A stretch of 64,000 bases of DNA from an uncultured bacterium (GTDB lineage Bacteria; Hydrothermota; UBA3072), in the NCBI GenBank assembly GCA_964418485.1, contig CAYQMH010000001.1, positions 29,237 to 93,236 on the forward strand, written 5' to 3'. Under the pieces are notes generated by a model. It did not search any database. It saw only the letters and a program-made list of their open reading frames with translations, and was not told the DNA's origin. The translations under genes were made by a program, and so were the position numbers. This document shows, in pieces, positions 1-10,372 of this stretch. Numbering within the stretch: position 1 is the stretch's first letter; the number at the start of each line of letters is the position of its first letter.

Positions 1-1685
1 CCAAATTTCATACCATCATACCTGTAGGCCCGAATAAACCAATCTCCGTCCCAGGCATGTTTATCAAGATTCTTATCCAGAGTCTCAAGATGAGGTTTTG
101 CCCAAGCGACTTCGTCGCTTCTCTTTAACATCTCACAAATATCAATATAAGTTTTAAGTGCGTAACGGAGTTGAAACGCGACAAATACTGTTTCTCCTTC
201 GTAACCGAGTTCGAGACAGTCATTCCAATCCGCGTACAAACCACATGGAAGACCATGCGCGCCCATGTGATCCAGACTGAACTTTATGGCTCGCTTCATA
301 TGTCCAAGCACAGTGTCTTCACCTTTATCTGCATAGGGAAGTACTTTATCGTAAAATGAAATATCGCCCGTTTCTTTTACATACGCTGGAATGGTGTTAA
401 AAAGCCACATACAATCATCCGAGCGAAAATCTTCCCCTTCGGGAGGTTCTTCTTTTCCGTGATTATGAGCCCAGGGGCGAACCACCGGCATTGCTCCGCC
501 TGAAGAAACCTGACCTGTTATCATAAGCTCAAGACGCCTGCCTGCCTCTTCGGGGATTAAATGCAGCACACCTAAAATATCTTGCACCGTATCCCTATAA
601 CCCAAGCCGTCACGTTCTCCGCTGTAAACGAGGCTTGCAGCGCGCGACCACGTATAAGTCATAAGACAATTAAAAGGATTCCACATATTCATCATACTAT
701 CGAATTCTGGATCGGGTGTTTTAACCATCATTCCTTCCAAACGGTCATGCCAATATTCTTTGACTTTATTGAATTCATCATGAACCTTATCGATATTTCC
801 AAATTCCCGGATTGCTTTCTTCCCTTCGATAGCTGCTTTACCTATACCCATAATAACGACCATTTCTTTTGACTCTCCGCCCTTCAAATCAACATCTATT
901 TGCAAAGTACCACAGCCATTATCGCCTTTGGCGAGGGAATTTTTACATTCACCTTCTTCTACTACCAGCGGATTGTGATAGGAACGATAAGGTCCCAGAA
1001 AAACTTCACGGTCTGTATCATATCCCGTAATTTCGCCGCCGGCAACACCGAGAAATGTATGCCTGTTCCCGTCGTGATTTTCGAAATCACTGCTTGAATC
1101 ATCCGGAAGCAGCACATTTATTCCATGGTCGATTATGTTGTCCACAACCTCCATACCGAGAATAGCCTGAGTGTATTGAAGATTAACCGTATCTTGCCAC
1201 ATAAACCAGTTGTTGGCATATTCCAAGAAAGTAAACAACCTCAAGGAACGCCTTTTTGAATCCTCATTGGTTATTTTAAAATTCCAGCATTCAAAATAAC
1301 GGTTTAATGGAACAAAATACTTGGTCTCAGTTTTAATTTTTGAATATTCTGAGGATATAATTGTATAGGCGGTTCCGTGGCGACATTCCGATTTATATTT
1401 ATCGAGAGGCTTACCCACAGGCTGCCAGGAAGCAGACCAGAAATCTTTGTTATCCCGGTCATGAATATAAATATAACGTCCTGGCTGATCCATAGGAATA
1501 GAGTTGAAGCGAAGACGCATGAATCGCCCTTGCGCAGAAGATTTAAGAAAACTGTAACCGCCGGCGTTATTCGTAATAATTGCACCATATTCAGTAGAAC
1601 CAAGGTAATTGCTCCATGATTTCGGTGTATCCGGTCGCTCTATAACATATTCTTTATTCTTATCATCAAAATAACCAAATTGCAT
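1..1685 (-). CDS. GH94 glycoside phosphorylase (cellobiose/cellodextrin/chitobiose phosphorylase family), 3' end truncated by window edge
   Basis: Reverse-strand translation from the ATG at 1685 gives MQFGYFDDKNKEYVIERPDTPKSWSNYLGSTEYGAIITNNAGGYSF, a GH94 N-terminus paralogous to the 6047..8482 gene. The read-through shows no stops and only short plus-strand shadow ORFs overlap it. It starts 12 nt after the GH130 stop, consistent with an operon. Confidence 0.75.
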   Translation of the reverse strand, partial: MQFGYFDDKNKEYVIERPDTPKSWSNYLGSTEYGAIITNNAGGYSFLKSSAQGRFMRLRFNSIPMDQPGRYIYIHDRDNKDFWSASWQPVGKPLDKYKSECRHGTAYTIISSEYSKIKTETKYFVPLNRYFECWNFKITNEDSKRRSLRLFTFLEYANNWFMWQDTVNLQYTQAILGMEVVDNIIDHGINVLLPDDSSSDFENHDGNRHTFLGVAGGEITGYDTDREVFLGPYRSYHNPLVVEEGECKNSLAKGDNGCGTLQIDVDLKGGESKEMVVIMGIGKAAIEGKKAIREFGNIDKVHDEFNKVKEYWHDRLEGMMVKTPDPEFDSMMNMWNPFNCLMTYTWSRAASLVYSGERDGLGYRDTVQDILGVLHLIPEEAGRRLELMITGQVSSGGAMPVVRPWAHNHGKEEPPEGEDFRSDDCMWLFNTIPAYVKETGDISFYDKVLPYADKGEDTVLGHMKRAIKFSLDHMGAHGLPCGLYADWNDCLELGYEGETVFVAFQLRYALKTYIDICEMLKRSDEVAWAKPHLETLDKNLDKHAWDGDWFIRAYRYDGMKF

Positions 1686-1697
1686 TTTTTCCCTCTC

Positions 1698-2690
1698 TTA
1701 AATCTGCTTATTTGGGTTCGCTTTAATATAATTGATTAATTCATCTACCTGTGCAAAAGCAAGAGAACAAGTTGTATCAGCCGAGCCATAAAAGATTGCT
1801 ATTCTTCCTTTTTTCGCACAATGAAGTGTTGCGCAGGGGAAGATAACATTGTCGACAAACCCGGTTCTTTCGTAAGGAGCTTCAGGAGTCAAAATATAAT
1901 TCTCACAATCGACAATAACTTTTGAAGGATCATCGATGTCCAACAATGCTGCTCCCATACTGTATATGAATCCGCTGCAGCTCTGACAAACACCATGGTA
2001 TATCAAGAGCCAGCCCTCTGTTGTTTCTATTGGAATAGGTCCTGCTCCAAGCTTTACGTTTTTCCACCAGTAATGAGTAGTTTCCATAACTAATCTATGT
2101 TTACCCCAATAAGTCATATCAGGACTCTTACTCAGATAAATATCTCCAAAAGGAGTGTGTCCATTATCGCTCGGGCGGTTAAGCAAAACAAAATTGCCGT
2201 TTATCTTTCTTGGAAATAAAACTCCGTTACGGTTAAATGGCACATAAGCGTTTTCAAGTTGGATAAAAGTTTTAAAGTCTTTGGTTTTAGCGATTCCAAT
2301 CGTTGGACCATTAAAAAAATTACACCAGGTAATATAATAAGTCCCTTCTATCTCGACTAATCTCGGGTCATAACCGTACAGAATCGGTTCCGCAGGAGAA
2401 CCGTCCTCATTTTGAAACTTAATTATTTTTTCTTCGATATCCCAGTGGATTGCGTCTTTACTTCTTCCCAGATGCAAATTCGGATATCCGTTCTTGTGGT
2501 CAGCTCGAAAGACTCCGATGAACTCTCCTTTATAAGGAATTACAGCACTGTTAAAAACTCTCAAACCCTTAAGAGCATCTGTTCCAACCACAGGATTTTT
2601 ATCATATCTCCATACAATATCCGTACACCCCTCGGGTCTGTCCTGCCAGGGAATATTAGGTAGCGGATCGCCAATAATTGTACTTCCCAT
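1698..2690 (-). CDS. GH130 glycoside phosphorylase (beta-mannoside / mannosyl-glucose phosphorylase family)
   Basis: The 330-aa ORF has length and motifs typical of GH130 (5-bladed propeller phosphorylase), e.g. ...YITWCNFFNGPTIGIAKTKDF...GWLLIYHGV.... A GPH symporter gene is adjacent, as in known GH130 loci. Confidence 0.75.
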   Translation of the reverse strand: MGSTIIGDPLPNIPWQDRPEGCTDIVWRYDKNPVVGTDALKGLRVFNSAVIPYKGEFIGVFRADHKNGYPNLHLGRSKDAIHWDIEEKIIKFQNEDGSPAEPILYGYDPRLVEIEGTYYITWCNFFNGPTIGIAKTKDFKTFIQLENAYVPFNRNGVLFPRKINGNFVLLNRPSDNGHTPFGDIYLSKSPDMTYWGKHRLVMETTHYWWKNVKLGAGPIPIETTEGWLLIYHGVCQSCSGFIYSMGAALLDIDDPSKVIVDCENYILTPEAPYERTGFVDNVIFPCATLHCAKKGRIAIFYGSADTTCSLAFAQVDELINYIKANPNKQI

Positions 2691-2712
2691 CTTCTCCTCC
2701 TTTAGTTTACAA

Positions 2713-4137
2713 TCAAGCAGTTACAGCAGCATTTTCACCGCTTTTTTTTCTTCTCTCTTTCAATTCTGCTTCTATCTCTTCTACATGTTTTTCGTCTAAG
2801 GGATATAGGAACGATAAGATAAGCAAAGATAAAACACCGAGTCCAGCGGGGATCAAACTAAACAGCATAATCAAACTTTTTAGGCTCTCCTGAGACTGTG
2901 CCTGATTTGGCTGGAATCCAACCTGTGACATAAGCATAAGCGCGATATAAGCTCCTATAGCCCATCCCATTTTCTGTGACATGGTGGAAGCGGAAAAGAC
3001 TAAACCCGTTGCCCTGCGTTTGTTTTTCCACTCGGCGTAGTCGGCTGTATCAGCGTACATTGCCCACAGTAATACACTGAGCGGCCCGCCGGTTATTGAA
3101 CCTGTGAATTGCAAGACAAAAATCCAGCCGATTTGTTCGGCGCTCATCAAATAAAAAGCAGCTGTGCTTGTTATTGCAATAATAAAAAGGACTATAAAGG
3201 TCCTTTTTTTACCGAATTTTTTCGCAACCAGGCTTACGAGCAATGCTCCAACGAGGGACGCGATTTGCCCTGTCCCATTAAACAAAGAGGTTATCGTGTT
3301 AAAATCATAGATATGTTTTCCAAAAAACGGAAAAGAGAGCTCCCGGGAGCCGATAACATATTTAAAGTAGTGTACTGTAACACTGCTCCTGACAGCTACG
3401 AAAAGGATAAAAGTAATAGTGGTTGCGAGAAGAATGAGCCAGGGGCGGTTAGTTACTAATTCGTGTAGATCTTTCTTAATAGATGATTTTTGTGTTGGGG
3501 GTGGTTGAACCCGCTCGCGCGTACCTTTAAAAGCAATCAGGAAGAAAATAACGGCTGCTATACCATAGATTATGAAAGATAATTGCCAGCCACGCGCGTC
3601 ATTACCCCCGCCAAGTTTCTTGGTCATAGGCAACAGGGAGAATGAAACGATAGTGCCTGCCAGAAACGCAAAAATAAATTTAATCGAGGAAACGGCGGTA
3701 CGTTCGTTCGAATCCGGCGAGATAACACCAAGCATTGCAGTATAAGGAATATTGATAGCCGTATAAAGCATCATAATAAGGTTAAACGTAACATAAGCCC
3801 AGATAATTTTTCCCGTCGGTCCAAAGTTCGGAACGGTAAAAGTAAAAACTCCGACGATTGCGAATGGCACACAAAGCCAGAGTAGATAGGGGCGAAATTT
3901 CCCCCATCGGGTTTTTGTACGGTCAGCCAGCATACCCATCACAGGGTCGTTTACACCATCCCAGACACGACTCATAAGAAATAGGGTAGCCGCTGCAGCA
4001 GCCGGAATAACAAATACGTCTGTGTAGAAATAAGTGAAGTATAACATGAAAGTCTGCCAGTAAAGCACCGAAGCGAGGTCCCCGAAACCATAACTTATTT
4101 TTTCGCTCATCAATAGTTTGTTATTATCTGAACTCAT
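2713..4137 (-). CDS. GPH-family glycoside:cation symporter (MelB/BT1032-like MFS sugar transporter)
   Basis: The 474-aa ORF has an N-terminal YGFGDLA...YFYTDV signature of the glycoside-pentoside-hexuronide family and about 12 predicted TM segments. Confidence 0.8.
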   Translation of the reverse strand: MSSDNNKLLMSEKISYGFGDLASVLYWQTFMLYFTYFYTDVFVIPAAAAATLFLMSRVWDGVNDPVMGMLADRTKTRWGKFRPYLLWLCVPFAIVGVFTFTVPNFGPTGKIIWAYVTFNLIMMLYTAINIPYTAMLGVISPDSNERTAVSSIKFIFAFLAGTIVSFSLLPMTKKLGGGNDARGWQLSFIIYGIAAVIFFLIAFKGTRERVQPPPTQKSSIKKDLHELVTNRPWLILLATTITFILFVAVRSSVTVHYFKYVIGSRELSFPFFGKHIYDFNTITSLFNGTGQIASLVGALLVSLVAKKFGKKRTFIVLFIIAITSTAAFYLMSAEQIGWIFVLQFTGSITGGPLSVLLWAMYADTADYAEWKNKRRATGLVFSASTMSQKMGWAIGAYIALMLMSQVGFQPNQAQSQESLKSLIMLFSLIPAGLGVLSLLILSFLYPLDEKHVEEIEAELKERRKKSGENAAVTA

Positions 4138-4188
4138 ATATTTCTCCTTGTTTTCTTTGTTATTTTAAATTTTATGGAGCCTATCATA

Positions 4189-6000
4189 TCAGGCTTTCTC
4201 CAGTTTATCATACCAGTTAAATTTCAGGAATATCGAAGTTATCGCAAGAACACCAATACCTATATACATTCCCGTAAATTGTCTTATAACAAGATAGATA
4301 GGTATTAAGACAAAAGTCATCTGCCAGATGGTACCTACGATTACGTTTACCATATCACGTGAAAAATCTTTATTTCTCTGGAAATCTGGGTTTTCTTTTT
4401 TAACCTTTTCATAGATGGGTTTCCACAATCCCCATGGACGCACCTTCTTGTAAAAATCTATCAAAAGCTCGTCTTTCTCCGGAGCTGTTAGCAATGTACC
4501 TAAAATAGAGGCAGCAGTACTTATCAACAGTACTACCGGGAAAAGAGCAAGATTTGCTTGAATTCCGAATAAAACATCAGGGTTTCCGATAGCAAGAGGT
4601 AATATTATAGCCGCCGCCATACCGGAAATCATGCCATAGAAAAATCCATATCCGTTAAACCTCCACCAGTACCACTTAAGAACATTGGGCGCAACATATC
4701 CTCCCCAGAGCCCTGAAACAATCCACATCGTTATTTGATGTATCGATTTTCCCAACATTCCGAAAACGAGACCTAAAATAATAAGCAAAAAAGTGCTAAT
4801 ATAACTTATAGTAACATATCTCTTTTCTGAAGCTTCTTTATTTATATATCTTTTATAAATATCATTAACAATATAAGAAGCGCCGCAATTAAGTGTTCCG
4901 TCGTAAGTACTCATAAAAGCGGAAATAAGTCCCGCCAGAATTAGACCTACGAGGCCCACAGGCACGAAATTATGCACAACATAGGGAAAAATTTGTTCGA
5001 AGTCTACACCTGCGCCCATCGCGCTAAGCTGGGGGCTGAAGAAAACCAGTCCCAAAACACAGATACCCGTTACAAGAAGATATCGGGGGAAAAATAATAC
5101 AACAGTAACAAAAAAACTCATAAGGGAAGCTTCTCTTGGATTCTTGGTCGCGAGTATTTTCTGCATGTCATAATTCGGAGCCGGTCCCGCTCCGCTCACC
5201 AATACACCTTTAAAAAGCATCATCATAAGGACAATACCTGCTAGTGAAAAACCATCACTGGCTATTCTGTCATTTATAGCAGGCATCAAATTTACCCAGT
5301 CCATACTAAGACTGCTCCATCCAAACCGAAGGCTGTCCCAGCCCGCCGGTATCGCTGCCTGTATAGCATCGAAAGAAGTATGTGTAAACGCGATATAACC
5401 AATAAATACGGACACAACTGTAAGTATGGAAAACTGAAAAGCGTCGGTAACCAAAACCGCGAACAAACCACCCATAATAGTGTAAATACTCGCGATACTC
5501 ATTATAATTATTCCGTATGTATTAGCGGAAAGGTCCCATGGGAGAAATATCTGAGAAAATTTACCTATTCCCTGGAAAGCGTATGCGAGAAACCCTGTCG
5601 TACTTATAATAGCAAAAACAACAACACTGATATCCGAAAGCTGCGCTCCGCGGTCATGCCCAAACCTGGTTTTTATCCACTCGGCACCGGTTATAGCATT
5701 AGAACGTCTAAGCCACTTAGCAAGATATACCATCAGAAAAACCTGGTTGAACACGGGCCACACCCAGGGTAAGAAAGCTCCTTTTATTCCGTAAATAAAA
5801 AGCCATGTAACCAACATCATGGTACCTGTTACATCGAACATACCGGAAGCATTCGCCAGACCTAAAATATAAAAAGGAACTTTGTTTCCGCCCAAGAAGT
5901 AAGCTCTGATATCTTTAGCTGCCCATTTTTTTACGACTATACCTATAGCGACTACGATTACAAAATAGGCTATTATAATGCCTATATCGATTTTGTTCAT
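4189..6000 (-). CDS. Sodium:solute symporter (SSS/SLC5 family) sugar transporter
   Basis: The 603-aa polytopic membrane protein has an N-terminal IIIAYFVIVVAIG...YFLGG pattern typical of the SSS family. It is co-operonic with the phosphorylases. Confidence 0.75.
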   Translation of the reverse strand: MNKIDIGIIIAYFVIVVAIGIVVKKWAAKDIRAYFLGGNKVPFYILGLANASGMFDVTGTMMLVTWLFIYGIKGAFLPWVWPVFNQVFLMVYLAKWLRRSNAITGAEWIKTRFGHDRGAQLSDISVVVFAIISTTGFLAYAFQGIGKFSQIFLPWDLSANTYGIIIMSIASIYTIMGGLFAVLVTDAFQFSILTVVSVFIGYIAFTHTSFDAIQAAIPAGWDSLRFGWSSLSMDWVNLMPAINDRIASDGFSLAGIVLMMMLFKGVLVSGAGPAPNYDMQKILATKNPREASLMSFFVTVVLFFPRYLLVTGICVLGLVFFSPQLSAMGAGVDFEQIFPYVVHNFVPVGLVGLILAGLISAFMSTYDGTLNCGASYIVNDIYKRYINKEASEKRYVTISYISTFLLIILGLVFGMLGKSIHQITMWIVSGLWGGYVAPNVLKWYWWRFNGYGFFYGMISGMAAAIILPLAIGNPDVLFGIQANLALFPVVLLISTAASILGTLLTAPEKDELLIDFYKKVRPWGLWKPIYEKVKKENPDFQRNKDFSRDMVNVIVGTIWQMTFVLIPIYLVIRQFTGMYIGIGVLAITSIFLKFNWYDKLEKA

Positions 6001-6046
6001 AATACCTCCCTTCCGAAAATAATATTTTCTCGTTCAATCAAGAAGA

Positions 6047-8482
6047 TTATCCTAGAATAACTTCAACTTCGTGAGATTTTCCGTCAGTGAATATCGGAAC
6101 TTTATTTCCTTCTATTATTTTACCATCTACTTTTAAATTTTTTATTCCTTTGCTTTTCTTATTTGGATTACCGACTTTTATATCATAAACCGCACCCCTG
6201 AATTTTCTCCTGATTTTAAACCCATCCCAATCAGATGGAATACAGGGATCGATAATAAGGCCGTCGTAATCCGGTCTTATTCCGAGAATATACTGCGTAA
6301 TTGCCACGTAATTCCAAGCTGCCGTCCCTGTAAGCCAGGAGTTTTTGGCTTCGCCGCTTACGCAAGCATCTTTACCCGACACCATCTGAGAATAGACGTA
6401 AGGTTCGGTCCTGTGAATTTCGCCTATATCTTCAAGATACGCAGGGGCTATCCTTTTGTAATAATCAAAGGCATTATCGCCTCTGCCTATAACGGTCTCC
6501 GCAATCATAATCCAGGGATTATTATGACAAAAAACCCCTGCATTCTCCTTATATCCCGGAGGATAACTGGATATTTCCCCCAGATTAAGACAATATTTCG
6601 AATAAGCGGGATTCTGGAGAACTATACCGTACTTACATAAAAGTCTTTCTTTTACCGAATCGAGCGCCTTTTTCGCCTTACCGTCACGGAGTCCGATACC
6701 TGCCATAATACAGAACCCTTGAGATTCTATAAATATCTGCCCTTCTTCATTTTCGCTGCTTCCGACTTTCTCTCCATTATTATCATAAGCTCGGAGGAAC
6801 CATTCTCCGTCCCACCCATGTTCATTTATAACCTCTATCATATTCTTCACATGTCTGTTTGCTTCTTTTGCCTCTTCTTCCTCTCCTATCTTTTTGCATA
6901 TTTCTTCGAATTCTCTTCCGTAACAGACAAACATACCTGCAATCAGAACGGATTCGGCGACTCTCCCCTCCTTATTCTCCGTTGTCTGAAAAGATTCATC
7001 GGGATCTTCGGAAAAACAGTTTAGATTAAGACAGTCATTCCAGTCGGCTCTACCTATCAAAGGCAAATTATGAGGTCCAAGATTATTGATAACATGATAA
7101 AACGACCTTTTCAAATGTTCGAAAAGGCTTTCAGCTTTACCTTCGTCGTTATCAAAAGGAACCGATTCATCTAGTATGGAATAATCTCCGGTTTCCTTAA
7201 GGTACGCAGAAACCGATGCTATTAACCAGATAGGATCGTCATTAAAGTTACCACCTATCTCATCATTTCCTCTTTTTGTAAGAGGCTGGTACTGATGATA
7301 CGCGCTTCCGTCTTCCATCTGGGTAGCAGCAAGGTCAAGAATTCTTTGTTTTGATTGCTCGGGTATTTGATGTGTACACCCTAACTGATCCTGATTCGAA
7401 TCACGGAAACCTACTCCTCTTCCTATACCCGATTCAAAATATGACGCGCTTCTTGTCATATGGTAAGTAATTATACACTGATAGGGATTCCAAATGTTTA
7501 CCATCCTGGATAATTTCTCGTCCGAATGCTCGAGTTGGTAAACGGAAAGAAGATTATCCCAGTATTCACTTATAGAAGCCAATTCTCTATCCACATCTTC
7601 AGAATTTTTTATTTTGACTATCATTTCTTCCGCTTTTGTCTTATTTATAATTCCTGGACCTTCCCATTTATTTTTTACGTCGTTCTCTACATAGCCAAGA
7701 ATAAATACATAATCTTTTACTTCTCCTGCTTTCAGCTCGACTTCTATACAATGCGAACCTATAGGCTGCCATCCATGAGCTTCCGAATTCCTAGATTTTC
7801 CTTGAAAGACTACAGAAGGAGAAGAAAAATCATTGTAAAGCCCAAGAAAATCCTCCATCCGAGTGTCGTAGCCTTCTATTTCCGCATTCACAGAGTAAAA
7901 AGCAAAATGGTTTCTTCTTTCTCTGTATTCTGTTTTATGGTATATAACAGAATTTTTAATCTCTATCTCTCCTGTGGAAAAATTTCTCTGAAAATTTGTC
8001 ATATCATCGAGAGCATTCCATAGGCAGAATTCGACAAATGAAAAAAGTTTGAATTTTTTCGTAGAATTGGATTTATTTGCGAGGCGAACCCTCTCTACTT
8101 CACCGCTGTACCCAAGAGGAACAAAATAGAGAACTTCTGCTCCAATATTATTTCTTACTCCAGTAATTTTTGTATAACCGAGACCATGCCGGCATTCATA
8201 TTTATCCAATTCCGCCTTTACAGGCTTCCAGCCAGGTGACCATACGTCACCGTTATCGTTGATGTAGAAGTATTTTCCGCCGTCATCAACCGGAATATTG
8301 TTGTAACGATATCGGGTTATCCTCCTCAGCCTGGCATCTTTATAGAAACTGTAACCACCGGCAGTATTGGAGATCAGAGAAAAAAAACCGTCATAACCAA
8401 GATAATTGATCCATGGGTAGGGAACTCTGGGCGAGGTAATTACGTACTCTCTCTCTTTGTCATCAAAATATCCGAATTTCAA
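6047..8482 (-). CDS. GH94 cellobiose/cellodextrin phosphorylase
   Basis: The 811-aa ORF starts [29 protein letters not shown]...[26 protein letters not shown], a classic GH94 N-terminus, and its length matches cellobiose phosphorylase. Confidence 0.85.
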   Translation of the reverse strand: MKFGYFDDKEREYVITSPRVPYPWINYLGYDGFFSLISNTAGGYSFYKDARLRRITRYRYNNIPVDDGGKYFYINDNGDVWSPGWKPVKAELDKYECRHGLGYTKITGVRNNIGAEVLYFVPLGYSGEVERVRLANKSNSTKKFKLFSFVEFCLWNALDDMTNFQRNFSTGEIEIKNSVIYHKTEYRERRNHFAFYSVNAEIEGYDTRMEDFLGLYNDFSSPSVVFQGKSRNSEAHGWQPIGSHCIEVELKAGEVKDYVFILGYVENDVKNKWEGPGIINKTKAEEMIVKIKNSEDVDRELASISEYWDNLLSVYQLEHSDEKLSRMVNIWNPYQCIITYHMTRSASYFESGIGRGVGFRDSNQDQLGCTHQIPEQSKQRILDLAATQMEDGSAYHQYQPLTKRGNDEIGGNFNDDPIWLIASVSAYLKETGDYSILDESVPFDNDEGKAESLFEHLKRSFYHVINNLGPHNLPLIGRADWNDCLNLNCFSEDPDESFQTTENKEGRVAESVLIAGMFVCYGREFEEICKKIGEEEEAKEANRHVKNMIEVINEHGWDGEWFLRAYDNNGEKVGSSENEEGQIFIESQGFCIMAGIGLRDGKAKKALDSVKERLLCKYGIVLQNPAYSKYCLNLGEISSYPPGYKENAGVFCHNNPWIMIAETVIGRGDNAFDYYKRIAPAYLEDIGEIHRTEPYVYSQMVSGKDACVSGEAKNSWLTGTAAWNYVAITQYILGIRPDYDGLIIDPCIPSDWDGFKIRRKFRGAVYDIKVGNPNKKSKGIKNLKVDGKIIEGNKVPIFTDGKSHEVEVILG

Positions 8483-8559
8483 TTAAAACCCCTCTCTATA
8501 TTTACGCATAAAATGTAAAAAGCCTTCATTAAAGTATTATTCGAATGAGTTAAGCAGTC

Positions 8560-8611
8560 AATAATAATAAGCTTTAACGAATTGTCAAGAGCAGGTAAGT
8601 AACTTACTTAC
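8560..8611 (-). promoter_or_regulatory. Candidate sigma70-type promoter (TTGACA-16-TATTAT) plus 17-bp perfect palindrome GTAAGTAACTTACTTAC upstream of the phosphorylase operon
   Basis: On the minus strand, ttgaca lies at 8588-8583 and a -10-like tattat about 16 nt downstream. The palindrome at 8595-8611 sits immediately upstream of the -35 box and is a candidate operator or activator site. Confidence 0.35.
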
Positions 8612-8740
8612 ATGGCCTTATAGTAAGGGGACTAATACAAAACCTTAAATTGGGGTAAGGAAAGGGTATATAGATTCTTCGAAATTAAGTCCGGTAGTAA
8701 ATAAAAACTATAGTAAAAATTTTTATAAAAAAAGAGGGCT

Positions 8741-8772
8741 GTTAAAACAGCCCTCTTTTTATTTTTTGACTA
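8741..8772. terminator. Bidirectional rho-independent terminator
   Basis: aaaaagagggctgttaaaacagccctcttttt is a GC stem flanked by A-run and T-run. It lies between the convergent ends of hsp20 and the upstream region of the GH94 operon. Confidence 0.6.
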
Positions 8773-8777
8773 TTTCT

Positions 8778-9227
8778 TTACTTGACTTTTACTTCGATCT
8801 CTTTAGGTTTTTCTTTCTCCGATTTTGGCAGAGTGATGATCAGGACACCGTCTTTAAATTCGGCATTCACTTTCTTTTCGTCTAAGGCGGATGAAAAACT
8901 AAAGGCTCTCCGGAAATTCCCGTAGGACCGCTCAACTCTGAGATAAGATTCGCCTTCTTCTTTAGTCTCTTCCTTCTTTTCGCCTTCTATTAGAAGGCTG
9001 TTTTCCTTTATCTTTATTTTCAGGTCCTTTTTATCTATTCCCGGGACTTCCAAAGTAATCGTATACTTATCTCCATCCTCCTTAACATCCGCTACCGGAA
9101 ATACTTCCCTGCTTGACAGCGAACTGCCAAAACCCCGCAAAAAGTCTCTCATTACATTGTCGAAGTCCTCCCTGATGTCAAAAAACCTGTCCAAAGGATC
9201 GTAATTAACCAAATCTTTCTTAATCAT
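8778..9227 (-). CDS. Hsp20/alpha-crystallin small heat-shock protein
   Basis: The 149-aa ORF has an alpha-crystallin domain (...ITLEVPGIDKKDLKIKIKENSLLIEGEKK...GVLIITLPK). Confidence 0.9.
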   Translation of the reverse strand: MIKKDLVNYDPLDRFFDIREDFDNVMRDFLRGFGSSLSSREVFPVADVKEDGDKYTITLEVPGIDKKDLKIKIKENSLLIEGEKKEETKEEGESYLRVERSYGNFRRAFSFSSALDEKKVNAEFKDGVLIITLPKSEKEKPKEIEVKVK

Positions 9228-9327
9228 AAAAGCACCTCCTGTTTTTAAGATTCTTTACTTAACTTTCATATCAATAGACGAATATGACGCCTTAAAAGTT
9301 CCGTCCCAAGTACCTTATTTTTTTAAT

Positions 9328-9470
9328 AGCAAATAGCGCAAATTTCGCAAATAATTTTTTAATTTGACCATTTTCTTTTCGTTTATTCGTGTAATTCATT
9401 GTTTCTCTTGGTTGTTTTGGTGTTGGGGCACTTGACTTGTTTCTGTTGTTTGATATGTTGTTGTACTGAT
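9328..9470. repeat. Copy of dispersed composite intergenic repeat (TTCGTG heptads + G-rich tract + TTGACT box)
   Basis: aatagcgcaaatttc...ttattcgtgtaattcattgtttct...ggtgttggggcacttgac is closely similar to 24100-24170 (reverse orientation), 33290-33330 and 34490-34560. Confidence 0.6.
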
Positions 9471-9500
9471 AAATATAATTTTTATAAAATGGAGGCATAA

Positions 9501-9902
9501 ATGATAGGTGATTTGACCGGCGAGGTCCTGCAGGCGCTTTTGGAAACGGTGCCCTTCGAATTCTCTGTGTTAGATGAGAACGATAAAGTTCTTGCCTGGA
9601 ACAAACATAAAACGAGAATATTTAAAAGATCTGTTGGCGTCATTGGCAGGGATGTTCGCGATTGTCATCCAAAGAAAAGCCTGGACAAAGTAGAAAAACT
9701 ACTTCTTGAGATGAAGGAAGAAAAGAGAGAAAAGGCAAGATTTTGGATTGATCTTCCTTTAGGGGAAAAGGGCAAGCAAAAGATTCTCATCGAGTATTAT
9801 GCTCTTAGAGGTAAATCGGGTAAGTATATAGGCTGCCTCGAGGTTACTCAAAACATAACCGATATTCAGTCACTGGAAGGAGAAAAGCGTCTTCTCGATT
9901 GA
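9501..9902 (+). CDS. Small PAS-fold domain protein (DUF438-like), function unknown
   Basis: The 133-aa ORF is divergent from hsp20. Its beta/alpha pattern and the RDVRDCHP motif are compatible with a PAS-like sensor domain. The product call is weak. Confidence 0.4.
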   Translation: MIGDLTGEVLQALLETVPFEFSVLDENDKVLAWNKHKTRIFKRSVGVIGRDVRDCHPKKSLDKVEKLLLEMKEEKREKARFWIDLPLGEKGKQKILIEYYALRGKSGKYIGCLEVTQNITDIQSLEGEKRLLD

Positions 9903-10050
9903 CTTTCTGGATTAAAGCTGATCTTTTGATTGTTACAGAATAAAGCTTTTAGACTTTTGCCTTTCGCTGTTAGCAAGAATTTTTTACCAATTAACCAATC
10001 AACCAATTCACTAATTTACCATTTTTGCTTTTGCGGCAAAAATTCACCCC

Positions 10051-10078
10051 TTGACAAAAATAAAATAAGGAATATATT
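10051..10078 (+). promoter_or_regulatory. Candidate sigma70 promoter TTGACA-16-TATATT for the tusA-dsrE-iscS operon
   Basis: ccccTTGACAaaaataaaataaggaaTATATTa lies about 65 nt upstream of the tusA ATG. Confidence 0.4.
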
Positions 10079-10142
10079 ATTAGTAGCTCTACTAATTCGA
10101 TAGAATTAGTAGAATAAGAAAAATTTAAAATTGGGGGTAAAA

Positions 10143-10364
10143 ATGTCTGAAATAAAAGTTGATTGTATAAATGAAACGTGTCCCGTTCCTCTTGTGGAAA
10201 CGAGGAAAGCTTTACGTAAAGTTTCTAAGGGTGATGTGGTTGAGGTTAGGGGAACGCATCAATCTTCCAAAAAGGAGATACCTATGGCAGTAAAATCGAT
10301 GGGATTGGAGCTTTTGGGGGTTGAGGAGAAAGATGGGGTGTGGTCGATAAGGATTCGTAAATAG
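10143..10364 (+). CDS. tusA: TusA-like sulfurtransferase (sulfur carrier)
   Basis: The 74-aa protein has a CPVP (CPxP) motif near the N-terminus. The start at 10143 is preceded by a GGGGG RBS. Confidence 0.8.
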   Translation: MSEIKVDCINETCPVPLVETRKALRKVSKGDVVEVRGTHQSSKKEIPMAVKSMGLELLGVEEKDGVWSIRIRK

Positions 10365-10372
10365 GAGGAGAT

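Noticed and set aside
3109-3459. Numerous 60-165-aa ORFs antisense to, or out of frame within, long genes (e.g. 3109-3459, 5380-5772, 6719-7024, 7526-8023, 16236-16811, 19374-19656, 37437-38079, 44113-44478)
   Set aside because: These are shadow ORFs inside well-supported longer CDSs. Their composition is low-complexity and no start context was seen.
9292-9498. 68-aa minus-strand ORF in the hsp20/PAS intergenic region
   Set aside because: It lies entirely inside a copy of the composite repeat (TTCGTG heptads and G-tract) and has low-complexity, Asn/Lys-rich sequence with no RBS context. It is judged spurious.
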